Source: an uncultured Halobacteriales archaeon
Lineage (GTDB): Archaea > Thermoplasmatota > E2 > JACPAO01 > JAHFTW01
Length of the DNA: 64,000 nt
Assembly: GCA_964643795.1 (NCBI GenBank)
Contig: CAZXUC010000004.1
Location: 38,526 to 102,525 of the forward strand
Reading direction: 5' to 3'
Each line of letters starts with the position of its first letter. The stretch's first letter is position 1. This document shows, piece by piece, positions 19,301 through 27,258 of this stretch. The position numbers were made by a program, and so were the translations under genes. The notes beneath the pieces were generated by a model. The model was not told where the DNA came from and made no database searches. It worked only from the letters and a program-made list of their open reading frames with translations.

Positions 19301-19445
19301 CGGACTCACGGGACTTGTTTGGGCCGGATGGGGGCGGAGCGGACGGAGTTTCGGGCGCAGCGCGACGTGTAGTCTTGTTCTTGGCTAGGCCGCCGCGGCC
19401 GCGAATAAACTCATCCAACGAGTCCCTGATACCCCGCCCCGCCAT
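16320..19445 (-). CDS. SNF2-family helicase with long C-terminal coiled-coil region
   Basis: PHQVEAG...ILADEVGLGKTIEAG, VVIDEAHRLRN, LLTATPLQNR and GGEGVNLQ...WNPQRIEQRIGRCHRYGQ. Confidence 0.85.
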   Translation of the reverse strand: MAGRGIRDSLDEFIRGRGGLAKNKTTRRAAPETPSAPPPSGPNKSRESARAIRAEQNQPEGVALRTEAAPAERYTPTLQSVSGNVPPAIHGVSAYHARLFAHEVTRMAPAGGVGRVSQSLFDARVDLQPHQVEAGVFALRSPLSKGVILADEVGLGKTIEAGLVLCQFWAERKRRLLVICPASIRKQWQLELSGKFSLPGIVLDGKEYQTLRKQGYGNPFQQDASVVIVSYLYASKCKDDLAKVPWDLVVIDEAHRLRNAKTQAATNLRESLKSCRKILLTATPLQNRLDELHSLATFVDEHAFGDRESFKAQFGGPDADFEQLRHRLKPLLWRTLRRDVKEYIPYTKRFPITVPFDPSQPENWLHEEVSKFLQRGDTYSLPRGQYQLMVLMLRKILASSSSALASTLEKIRGRLQGKLDGKETDKNLIESLLEDEVIDEDEAEEFEDDAPVEEQPVDPVKLKAEIGELSEFIRVARGITVDSKSQALITGLSKGFEEMAKLGAARKALVFTESRRTQDYLKKYLESNGYAGEVVLFNGQPNDPESRKIYDAWLKVNEPLGRSSGSRNIDQRTALIEHFRDSAAIMIATEAGGEGVNLQFCSLIINYDLPWNPQRIEQRIGRCHRYGQLYDVAVVNFLNSENEADRRVLELLTEKFHLFKGVFGSSDEVLGTVESGIDFEKKVLEIYQRCRNRRDIEREFAGLQEEMAESIKRRFVDVRQKLLENFDTEVQQRFRNSFAEAQQRLGRIEDMFWRTTKYVLADAAKFTDSTHEFRLNKSPAANIRAGPYQLIQRSKSGQLEAEGDDILYRISHPLGEYVLQTAKAMGLGVAKVEFKLTGHQGKITVLEKLKGQSGWLTATKLHVKSFGAEEHILLSALTEKGDPVDAETADKLFQLPSPRVTPATIPEPIATRLGMNAQLAVEAQVTAVMETNRKFFEEEQGRLEEWSEDRKTSAKKTEEEIDALLDDIVRQMRRETDFQRKVELKQKEANLLDRQRKARQAYFEALDAIRAETGTFIEAMRLKMTKEATVENLFTIQWSVM

Positions 19446-19448
19446 GCG

Positions 19449-20549
19449 TTAATCCTTCCTTGAAGCGACAATCTTGGCAAGTGGCTTCGTCGGCGCTTCG
19501 ATAGCAAGGTTCTGGTTTCCGTCCTCGAATTCAAGGTCAAGCACCTTGTCGACGCGCTGCTTGAAGCGCTTTACGTGATCGTCACCCTTTCCGTACGCGT
19601 CCGCAGCCTTAACCAGATGAACGCCGACCTCCTCGAATCGCTCGTAGAACTTCTCGAAGCTGTATTGGACGTCGGCAAGTCCTTCCTGCAGCTTCTTGGC
19701 ATTCTGTAGCAAATCCACATTATGCACGGCAATCAGAATAACCTGCAGGAATGCGTAGAATGTGTTCGGGCTCACGGGAATGACCTTGCGGGCGTGCGCA
19801 TAGTCAATGAGGCCGTTCTCATCGTTCAATCCGTTCCGAGCCGCGATGGTCTCGTAGTAGACCGCCTCGGACGGAATGAACATCAAGGCGAAATCTGAGG
19901 TGCCCTTTTCGGGCTTGATGTACTTCGTTGCAATGCTGTCAATCTGAATTTTCACGGCCGCCTCGAAAGCCTTCCAAGCGCGACGTTTGCTTTCATCGGT
20001 ATCGGCTGTCAAGTAACGTTCGTAGTCGTCACGGGGGAACTTGGCATCAATCGGGAAAATGACTCCCTTGAACTCGACCACGGCATCGACGGTTTCCCGC
20101 CCGTCAATCGAGAACTGAGGTTTCCAGATGCCCGCGGGGAGCACGCGGCTCAACATTTCCTCCAAGATTTCTTCGCCGTAGTTGCCCCGAAGCTTGGGTG
20201 ATTGCAAGAGCGATTTCAGGTCCTCGGCGAGCTTGCTCGCTCCTTGCTGTTGGTTGACGAGTTGGCCGATCGTGGTGCCGAGCCCCGTCATGGCCTTGTG
20301 CATCTCAAGGGAATTTTTCTGAAGGGCCGCATTGGACTTCTCAACGTCTTGATGTGTGGACGCAACCGATTGCTGGATTGAGGATTGGAACGCGATGAGC
20401 CGAGTGTCCACGGCCAAGGCAATCTCGTTCTGAAGCGCCTTGCCGTCAGGTCCCTTGCGACGAAACAGGAGGGCCATCGCCACGAGCAGCAGGCCAATTG
20501 AATTCACGATCAGCAACGCGGTGACGGTGTCCATCGCTATCCACCCCAC
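19449..20549 (-). CDS. rmuC: RmuC-family protein (N-terminal TM/coiled coil, C-terminal REase-like domain)
   Basis: N-terminal TM helix, coiled coil, then ...GTSDFALMFIPSEAVYYETI...VIPVSPNTFYAFLQ, typical of RmuC. Confidence 0.75.
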   Translation of the reverse strand: MGWIAMDTVTALLIVNSIGLLLVAMALLFRRKGPDGKALQNEIALAVDTRLIAFQSSIQQSVASTHQDVEKSNAALQKNSLEMHKAMTGLGTTIGQLVNQQQGASKLAEDLKSLLQSPKLRGNYGEEILEEMLSRVLPAGIWKPQFSIDGRETVDAVVEFKGVIFPIDAKFPRDDYERYLTADTDESKRRAWKAFEAAVKIQIDSIATKYIKPEKGTSDFALMFIPSEAVYYETIAARNGLNDENGLIDYAHARKVIPVSPNTFYAFLQVILIAVHNVDLLQNAKKLQEGLADVQYSFEKFYERFEEVGVHLVKAADAYGKGDDHVKRFKQRVDKVLDLEFEDGNQNLAIEAPTKPLAKIVASRKD

Positions 20550-20684
20550 GGAGCGTAGGGGGACCGGCGCTTGAGGAACCGGCCACCCAAGTCTTCCCCG
20601 TACTCTCGTAGGAGACCCACCAAGATGACTTCAACCGTCCGGCTGGGCGTCGGCCGATGGACCCGGTTCCAAGAATCCCGCGCT

Positions 20685-23600
20685 TCACCCAAGCCGCACC
20701 ATCCCTCCACCGAGCGGCAGGTGCACGACGGCGTGGGCCTTGCCTCCCGTTAGACGCACGTAACACGCCAATTGTCCTGCGTGTTCGAGGGCTTTCTCGC
20801 CCCACCCGGCCTCGACGAAGTCGGCGCTCTTGTGGTCGACAACGAGGGTGCCTTGCGCCGAGTCAAGCACGAGGTCGATTGTGCCCGCCCACATTCCCCC
20901 CTCGTCGCGGGGCCCGGCGACGGGGACCTCGGCGCTCCAGCGGGCACCGGGCAAGTTGGTTTCGACCCACGCTTCGAGCCGGTCCCCGGCCCGGACTAGC
21001 ATGTGGGGTTCAAGTTCGCCTTGTCGGCCCCACCGGGCAAGGATCGCAGCGGCATGCGATTCCTTTGTGGCTTGGGGTAATCCCCGTAACGCGGGAAGGC
21101 TTGCCAAGTACGCGTGGACGGCCTGACCCAAGGACTGCCAATCGTCCGTCTTGACGCGGGGGAATGGGTGGTCGCCGGGAAGCGCCTCGGCACGTGTTGA
21201 GATCTCTCCGCTGGTTGGGACCTTGCTGGGGCTCGCAAAACGGTCCGGGAAGGAAGTGTGACCGCGGCTGGCCTCGAACCATTGCGTGGCCGTCGATGAG
21301 GGTTCACTCTCAGTTGGTGTTTGATTGCACGTGATGGCTGTGTAGGTCGTGTTCAGAAGACTGGATGGCCCAATGTTTGGCAAGACGGTGTTGACGGCGG
21401 GAAGCAAATCGAGGGCGTTGCTTCCACCTTCAGCGAGGATGAGCGTTGTTTTGGCGCGTGTAAAGCCGACATACAGCAGTCTCTGGGTCTCTTCGTCATG
21501 GTCCCGCTGAATGGTTTGGCCCTCCGGACTCTGGCGTGCCGCGTCCTGAACGCCTGAGCCGTCTGCGTTGAGGCCTCCCATGTACGTCCGTCCGAACGGA
21601 TACGGCCAGTACCGGATCTGGCGACCTTCGAGAGGCTTGCCCTGGGCGGCGTTTCCGCCGTCAACATGAATGGTGAAGGGGTGCGGGTCAGGTGCCTGGC
21701 CGTCCTGCAGCAGGATGACACAAGGCCACTCCAGGCCTTTGGCAGCCCAGAGCGTGAGGATTCGGATGGCCGGCACGCTCGCCGGCACGGGGAGCAGGTC
21801 TTGCTTCTTGGCGGCGAGGTTCTCGAACCAGTAGATGAGTCCGGTGAGGGTCGCGGCCTTCCCCTGTTGTTCGGATTCATCCTCGTATTTCCTGGCCATC
21901 AAGAGGAGCTCATCGAGATTGGCCGCCCGGCGCATCGGGTCCCCCCACGCGGCGATTAGGTCGGCCAGATGGAGCGCCTGGATGACGGCACCTACAACCC
22001 CGTTGGGGGGCGTGGTCTTGGCGTCGATCTCGCGCACCGCCGCTACGGTTGCGCCTTGAATTTGTCCACCAGGATTGGCAAGTGCCTCGTGGAACCAGGC
22101 GGGCGTGTCGTTTGCATCATCTAGGTGCCGAAGAGTCGCGGCGGCCAGGGCGTCATCGGTGTCGGCCACGAGGCGCAACCCGGCGAGCACCATGATGCAC
22201 TCGCGCGTGTTGAAGAGCCCAGATGTTTGGACGAGGCACGGGATGTTGAGGCGTTGGAGGTCCTTGGCTACATCGCGTGCGTCGTCGTTCTTGCGCACGA
22301 GGATGGCGATGTCGCTCGGTGGCATCGTCTGGATGAGCGTCTGCATCTGAGCCAAGAATGCGGCCCGGCGCGTTGGGCGATTCTTGCCTTCAAGTTGCCA
22401 GCGCTCAATGCGGGCGGGACCTTTGTGGTGAGCCGCTAACCTTGTGGAATGTCCGAAGATGGGCTCGAAGATGCGGTTGACGCATTCGACGAGGCCCTCC
22501 TGACTGCGGTAGTTTTTGTTTAGAGTTCGCCGCCTATTTTCGGGAATCGTGCCTAGTACGTCCTGCATGAGCCGCGCGTCGGTTCCTCGGAAACCGAAGA
22601 TGGCTTGCTTGGCGTCGCCGACCCAGAGTGATTCCTTGGCAATCGCAGCCAATTCCTGGAAGATGGCGAGTTGGATGGGATTGGTGTCCTGGAACTCGTC
22701 AACCACGACGAGGTCAAGGTCCAGGTCGCTGCGGACGGCGGGCGTGCGCAACAATTCCAAAAGACGTTCTTCGAGATCCGTAAAGTCGACGAGACCGCGG
22801 CTCGTCTTGTAGACGCGATACCTACCCTGCAATTCTAAGACGCGCTCTACAAGGCAGAGAGTGAACGATCGTAGGTCAGCGTGCAGGAGACGATGCACGT
22901 TGGCTCGGCGGGCCAAGCCGGTAAGGACGGCGGTGTCGTTCTCGCTTTTCTTGGACCAAGCCAATTTGGCGACCTTGCCCCACGCCTGCCATTGTGGGTG
23001 GGCTGTCCGTGCGAAATCTTCGAGTTCCTCCAAGGCGTCGGCAGTTTTCTTGGTGGCGTCCCCATTGCCGCGCACGCGTTGCGCCATGTCGCGACATTGA
23101 ACGTAAAAGTCTGGAAAATCCGGCAGGTCGACGCTGTTCCCGGCGCTCATGATTTGGATAAGGCGCTCCGTGCCGGCGACCATGCTAGCGCGAAACTCGT
23201 CGTCGCCGAGCGCATTGGACCGCTTCTCGTCGAGGATTTCCAGCAGAAGCATCTGAGGCTCGATTTCCCCAAGACGACGAGCGAGACGGTCCAGCTCCCG
23301 CAGGCCTTCGGAAGGCATCTCAGCTAAGATGCGCCGCAAGTGGCGTTCCTGGGCTTTCTCTTCCAGGGGCTCTAGTTGAGGACTGATGCCGAGGTGAACG
23401 GCGTAGCGGGATAGGAGGCGATGGCCAACGCTGTGAACCGTGCCGATCAGCGCGATGCGAACATTGGCAGCCAGTTGCAGCCGTTTGGCGGGAGTGAGGG
23501 CAGGGTCGCCTGGTTCGGGATGGAGAAGGCGTTGCTGGATGCGGTCCTGCAACTCGGCGGCGGCCTTCCTGGTAAACGTGGTAGCAAGAATAGCGTCAGG

Positions 23601-23696
23601 TCGGGCGCGGTTGTCCGCAAGCCGCTGGACCAGCTCACCCGTGATGGTGTATGTCTTGCCTGAACCAGCGCCGGCCTGGTACAACGTGACCGTCAT
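20685..23696 (-). CDS. UvrD/AddA-like helicase with C-terminal RecB-type nuclease
   Basis: YQAGAGSGKTY, TFTRKAAAEL, VVVDEFQDTNPIQ; C-terminal GTIDLVLD...LVVDHKS. ATG 23696 overlaps the AddB-like stop (ATGA). Confidence 0.75.
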   Translation of the reverse strand: MTVTLYQAGAGSGKTYTITGELVQRLADNRARPDAILATTFTRKAAAELQDRIQQRLLHPEPGDPALTPAKRLQLAANVRIALIGTVHSVGHRLLSRYAVHLGISPQLEPLEEKAQERHLRRILAEMPSEGLRELDRLARRLGEIEPQMLLLEILDEKRSNALGDDEFRASMVAGTERLIQIMSAGNSVDLPDFPDFYVQCRDMAQRVRGNGDATKKTADALEELEDFARTAHPQWQAWGKVAKLAWSKKSENDTAVLTGLARRANVHRLLHADLRSFTLCLVERVLELQGRYRVYKTSRGLVDFTDLEERLLELLRTPAVRSDLDLDLVVVDEFQDTNPIQLAIFQELAAIAKESLWVGDAKQAIFGFRGTDARLMQDVLGTIPENRRRTLNKNYRSQEGLVECVNRIFEPIFGHSTRLAAHHKGPARIERWQLEGKNRPTRRAAFLAQMQTLIQTMPPSDIAILVRKNDDARDVAKDLQRLNIPCLVQTSGLFNTRECIMVLAGLRLVADTDDALAAATLRHLDDANDTPAWFHEALANPGGQIQGATVAAVREIDAKTTPPNGVVGAVIQALHLADLIAAWGDPMRRAANLDELLLMARKYEDESEQQGKAATLTGLIYWFENLAAKKQDLLPVPASVPAIRILTLWAAKGLEWPCVILLQDGQAPDPHPFTIHVDGGNAAQGKPLEGRQIRYWPYPFGRTYMGGLNADGSGVQDAARQSPEGQTIQRDHDEETQRLLYVGFTRAKTTLILAEGGSNALDLLPAVNTVLPNIGPSSLLNTTYTAITCNQTPTESEPSSTATQWFEASRGHTSFPDRFASPSKVPTSGEISTRAEALPGDHPFPRVKTDDWQSLGQAVHAYLASLPALRGLPQATKESHAAAILARWGRQGELEPHMLVRAGDRLEAWVETNLPGARWSAEVPVAGPRDEGGMWAGTIDLVLDSAQGTLVVDHKSADFVEAGWGEKALEHAGQLACYVRLTGGKAHAVVHLPLGGGMVRLG

Positions 23697-26326
23697 GCGA
23701 GCTGCCTCCGCCCGCATAGAGTAGCGTAATCGCAATACTTGCACGCGGCGTGCTCCTGCGCCTCCGGGTCGAGCGCCAATTGTGAACCAGGCGCCCACTG
23801 AGCAGGATCCTGCAAAGGCCGGGCCACGATGACGCCGGAATTCATCCACGTGGATGCTTCCGTGAGGGCTTGTTCAAAGCGCTTCCACGTTTCCGTAATT
23901 GCAGGCCCATCGATGGGGCGCTCAACGCCACGAAGCGCTCCCCCTTTGGGTGTGAGCATGCGGTTATCGCCGAGAATGAAGTACGCACCGCCTGTGACAA
24001 TCTGGGCGCCCTCCTGACGACTGTGGGCATAGGTAGCAAGTTGCAGCGCGCGTCCAGAGGTGAGTTTTTCCGCGTGGGCTTGGGCCCCGCCCAGCTTGAA
24101 GTCGATGATTGCTTCGCCATCCGTGCGCCGCACAACACAATCGATGCTGCCCCGCAGCGGTAGGCCGTTGACGGCCCCTTCCGTGGGAACCTCGAGGCCG
24201 GCAATCTCGTACTCCCCCTCTCGGAGCACCGTACAGAGTTGCTTGACAGCTGCCCGCAATTCGCGCTTGAGGGTGTTTCGTTCCGTGAGTTTGCGGGGGA
24301 TGGCCAGGGGCGCGGCGTTGCGTTCAAGCAATTCATCGAAGCAGGCATCGAGGCGTTGCGCGGCCTCCTCCGGCGCTGGGACTGGCCCGGCCGGCAGAAT
24401 ATGCCGAAGAAGGTCGTGTGCGAAATTACCCTTTAGGCGACCATCCTCCGGGATGTTGGCAATGGCGCTCGGGCGAACGCCCAGGGCGTACTTGAGCGTC
24501 CATTTTAGAGGGCAGGCAAGCTGGTCTTCGAGGGCCGTGGCACTCGTATGTTTTGGGAGCGGAACTTTGTGGCCGGCGAGGCTCCACTCTACGCGAACGC
24601 CCGGGGCAGGAGCACGCTCGACGGCGCGTGTGGGAAGGCCAACGCGACCCGCTTGGAGGGCGGCTTCCAGTTGTGGGAGCGGCCCGCCCCGCCGCTTATT
24701 CACCACCAGGTCACCGTGCACACGTAGCCAGAGTGGATGCCGACTTTCTTCGATGGCCGCCAAGTCGATGACGAGTAGATTTTTGGGGCGAGCAAGGCCG
24801 CGAGCCTCGGCGGCTCTTAGCGCGGCTGAATGGTCGTCCACATCAATGGCGGCTTGCCGCAAGTGGCGGGCCTCCGATGGCGTCCAGTGTGGCCGATTGG
24901 AGACGGGCGCAATGGGTGCAAGCCAGACGAGGTGGTCGCAGTCGGATACGTGTGCCAAGCTGGCAGCATACGTGGCACCGCCGGCCTGGCTGTCGTGAGG
25001 GACGTCGCTGCTACTGTCCCGCCGAACTTCGTCAAGAAGACGGTCGAGTTGCGCCTCTGAAATGTGCGTGCCAAGTTGCGCCGCGATTCGCCCCAGGGCG
25101 CTTGCTTGGCTTGAGGCAGATTGCAGAGCCGCGATGAGATCCTCGTCGGGTTGCTCTTGCAGGCGTTCCCAAGCGGCCCGACCACTAGCCCATTGCGCAA
25201 CCAAACCACATCGGGACTCCACCAGCCTAGTGGGTGCATCCTCGCCAAGGGCGATGCGGTCATGGTCGAGCCAAACGGCGATCTTCGCGGCCTTCTTCTC
25301 ACCGTCCTCCTCACCAGCAATTGTCTTGATAGCGGCGCTCCACGCAGCACTTTGGTAACCGGGCTGCTTTTCGAGGGCCCTCGCAAGCTCGTATCCGACA
25401 CTGCGCAGTGGACCAACGGGGAGAACGAGAAGGTCCAGCAGGACGTAGGGATTGACGGGGTTCCAAAGCAGTTGCATTGCCAGGGGCAATACTTGGTGGG
25501 CGGGTTGCGCGCGGCTCTCTCGAGTTACGCCCATCGTGGGTTGGCCATCGGCGGCCAAGGCCACATCGAGCAAGTTGGCGACCTCGGGGTGTCCGGCATG
25601 GACGACGACGCGCGGCCGGTCTCGCATCCAGCGCGCCACGAATTGGACGGCGGCGTGGCGACTCGCTGCCTGGAGCGCAATGACAGACGCGTCGATTGGG
25701 CATGCATTGGCTGCGTCGTTTCTCAGATTCTGCTGGATGATGGCGAGCGAACCCGCGCCGCGAGGTGGCGTTGGTGCTTGATGTGCGACGGTGAGGCGCC
25801 CGAGAAGGCGGCGCCAAAGTGGTCGCCACGCCTCTGTCGGTTCCTCAAGGGTGATGGTGTGGGCGGGGACCTTGAGCCCCAGCTCCAGTGCCGCAACGAC
25901 GAGCAGGATTCGATCAGGAATTCCCGGAAGCATGCCGACTTGTTCTAAGCGCTCGAATTCGGCAGTGATGGCGGGATTGCCGGCGCCGCCGGGTTTCCAC
26001 CCCCCCAGGAGCAATTCGTCCCGGCGCTTGAGTTGGTGCGAGGCGGTGGCCCACGGGTCCGCCTTGAAACTAGGCGCCCAAAGGCCGGAACCGTGGCGCT
26101 TGATGCAGTCGTGGTATTGGACGACGCGGTCAGTCCACGCAGTGCGGGGACCGTTCAGTCCAAGTTGAGTTTCGAGCCACCCCAACAATTGCTCCGGGCC
26201 GCCCCGCACGACATTGATCTCGTGGGTGCCCTCCGGGGGACGACGCACGCCGCCGTACATCTGGATGTGAAGGCGGCAGGGTGGAATCCTTGTGTCTGCG
26301 ACGGATGGTTGCTTTGCACCAGGCAC
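23693..26326 (-). CDS. AddB-like PD-(D/E)xK nuclease partner (degenerate helicase body, Fe-S Cys cluster)
   Basis: SATALEDQLACPLKW, GSIDCVVRR...AIIDFKLGG, LQLATYA and C-terminal CKYCDYATLC. GTG 26326 is the preferred start; the ORF-track start at 26533 gives a non-protein-like leader. Confidence 0.65.
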   Translation of the reverse strand: MPGAKQPSVADTRIPPCRLHIQMYGGVRRPPEGTHEINVVRGGPEQLLGWLETQLGLNGPRTAWTDRVVQYHDCIKRHGSGLWAPSFKADPWATASHQLKRRDELLLGGWKPGGAGNPAITAEFERLEQVGMLPGIPDRILLVVAALELGLKVPAHTITLEEPTEAWRPLWRRLLGRLTVAHQAPTPPRGAGSLAIIQQNLRNDAANACPIDASVIALQAASRHAAVQFVARWMRDRPRVVVHAGHPEVANLLDVALAADGQPTMGVTRESRAQPAHQVLPLAMQLLWNPVNPYVLLDLLVLPVGPLRSVGYELARALEKQPGYQSAAWSAAIKTIAGEEDGEKKAAKIAVWLDHDRIALGEDAPTRLVESRCGLVAQWASGRAAWERLQEQPDEDLIAALQSASSQASALGRIAAQLGTHISEAQLDRLLDEVRRDSSSDVPHDSQAGGATYAASLAHVSDCDHLVWLAPIAPVSNRPHWTPSEARHLRQAAIDVDDHSAALRAAEARGLARPKNLLVIDLAAIEESRHPLWLRVHGDLVVNKRRGGPLPQLEAALQAGRVGLPTRAVERAPAPGVRVEWSLAGHKVPLPKHTSATALEDQLACPLKWTLKYALGVRPSAIANIPEDGRLKGNFAHDLLRHILPAGPVPAPEEAAQRLDACFDELLERNAAPLAIPRKLTERNTLKRELRAAVKQLCTVLREGEYEIAGLEVPTEGAVNGLPLRGSIDCVVRRTDGEAIIDFKLGGAQAHAEKLTSGRALQLATYAHSRQEGAQIVTGGAYFILGDNRMLTPKGGALRGVERPIDGPAITETWKRFEQALTEASTWMNSGVIVARPLQDPAQWAPGSQLALDPEAQEHAACKYCDYATLCGRRQLA

Positions 26327-26330
26327 GCCG

Positions 26331-26537
26331 TCAGAAGTCGTCGTCTGAGTTTTCACCACCATCGTCCACCTCCTGATCGCCAGATTCGCTGTAGGACTCC
26401 TCGCCAGCGTCGCCCCAGGCTTGTGCACCAGACGCGTCCTTGTGTGCTCCGTCTTCATGGCGGCTATCGCCGAAAAGCCAGTGCCAGGCCATGGCGCCGA
26501 AGAGAAAATCGAACAGCCCACCGCGACGGCCATTCAT
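26331..26537 (-). CDS. 68-aa protein with aromatic head and strongly acidic tail ending in DDDF
   Basis: MNGRRGGLFDFLFGAMAWHWLFGD...GEESYSESGDQEVDDGGENSDDDF. Its ATG overlaps the Csa3-like stop (ATGA 26534-26537). Confidence 0.45.
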   Translation of the reverse strand: MNGRRGGLFDFLFGAMAWHWLFGDSRHEDGAHKDASGAQAWGDAGEESYSESGDQEVDDGGENSDDDF

Positions 26538-27172
26538 GCTAACGCCTCCAAGTCGAATGATCCCACATCTGGCAGGAGCGTGACGACATGTTGTTTTCCA
26601 TCTCGCGCCGTCGAAACCAGCCCCATTTCCTTTAGCTCGTGGACGTGGGCACTCACCGTAGACATGGCAAGCTTCAGGCCGCTTGCGAGGCCGGAGACAT
26701 TGGCTGGACCTTTCCGCTTGAGGCGCTGCAAGAGCGCTCGCTTTGTATCGCCGAGGCCGCGAAGGCTGCGGAATGCCTTCAGGGGTACGATTGTGCCTTC
26801 CTTGGTGTCGTATTCGTCGTAGTAGAGAAGTGGCAAGTCGTGCGTGGAACAGAAAATGGTGGCAGCCATAATCATGGGCCTCGGCCCACTGCTTGCATTG
26901 AAGATGACGTGCCGGCCCGCGGGCACGCTGTCGAGCGTCCGCACGAAATTGTGAAGGGCCTCCTGGATGTCGAATCCGTCCTTCGCGGCGTGCTCGTGCA
27001 GCTTCACCTTGAAGGTTTCACTCACCTGTTGGACAGCCTTGAGAGTCGCTGAATGCCTCGGGTCCTTGGACGGACCAAAAAACAAGTGCATCTCCCGGAT
27101 CTCTGGATACTGTCGAAGCGGCGCCACCACCAGAGAAGCCGTGTACCCCATGGTGGCGAATAGGACCGTCAA
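26534..27172 (-). CDS. Csa3-like CARF + winged-helix transcriptional regulator (no CRISPR-cas nearby)
   Basis: MTVLFATMGYTASLVVAPL..., NASSGPRPMIMAATIF (CARF-like), and C-terminal LLQRLKRKGPANVSGLASGLKLAMSTVSAHVHELKEMGLV (wHTH). Size and layout match Csa3. Confidence 0.6.
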   Translation of the reverse strand: MTVLFATMGYTASLVVAPLRQYPEIREMHLFFGPSKDPRHSATLKAVQQVSETFKVKLHEHAAKDGFDIQEALHNFVRTLDSVPAGRHVIFNASSGPRPMIMAATIFCSTHDLPLLYYDEYDTKEGTIVPLKAFRSLRGLGDTKRALLQRLKRKGPANVSGLASGLKLAMSTVSAHVHELKEMGLVSTARDGKQHVVTLLPDVGSFDLEALA

Positions 27173-27193
27173 CGCGGTTCGGATAAGCGACGG

Positions 27194-27234
27194 CCATATA
27201 ACGTTCGCTTCGGGTTGGTGACGAAACGTTCAAT
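27194..27234. promoter_or_regulatory. Divergent promoter/operator candidate between the Csa3-like and CBASS operons
   Basis: Two AACGTT palindromes (27200-27205 and 27225-27230) are embedded in ATAACGTTCG ... CGAAACGTTCAAT. A TATA-like ttatat on the minus strand lies about 25-30 nt upstream of ATG 27172. Confidence 0.2.
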
Positions 27235-27258
27235 GGGAGTGGCCACTGTCCCTAACCG

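Noticed and set aside
14142-23696. OLD-family nuclease plus UvrD-like helicase read as a Gabija (GajA/GajB) system.
   Set aside because: The two genes are separated by SNF2 and RmuC genes and a 135-bp gap. The UvrD-like protein is ATGA-coupled to an AddB-like partner instead.
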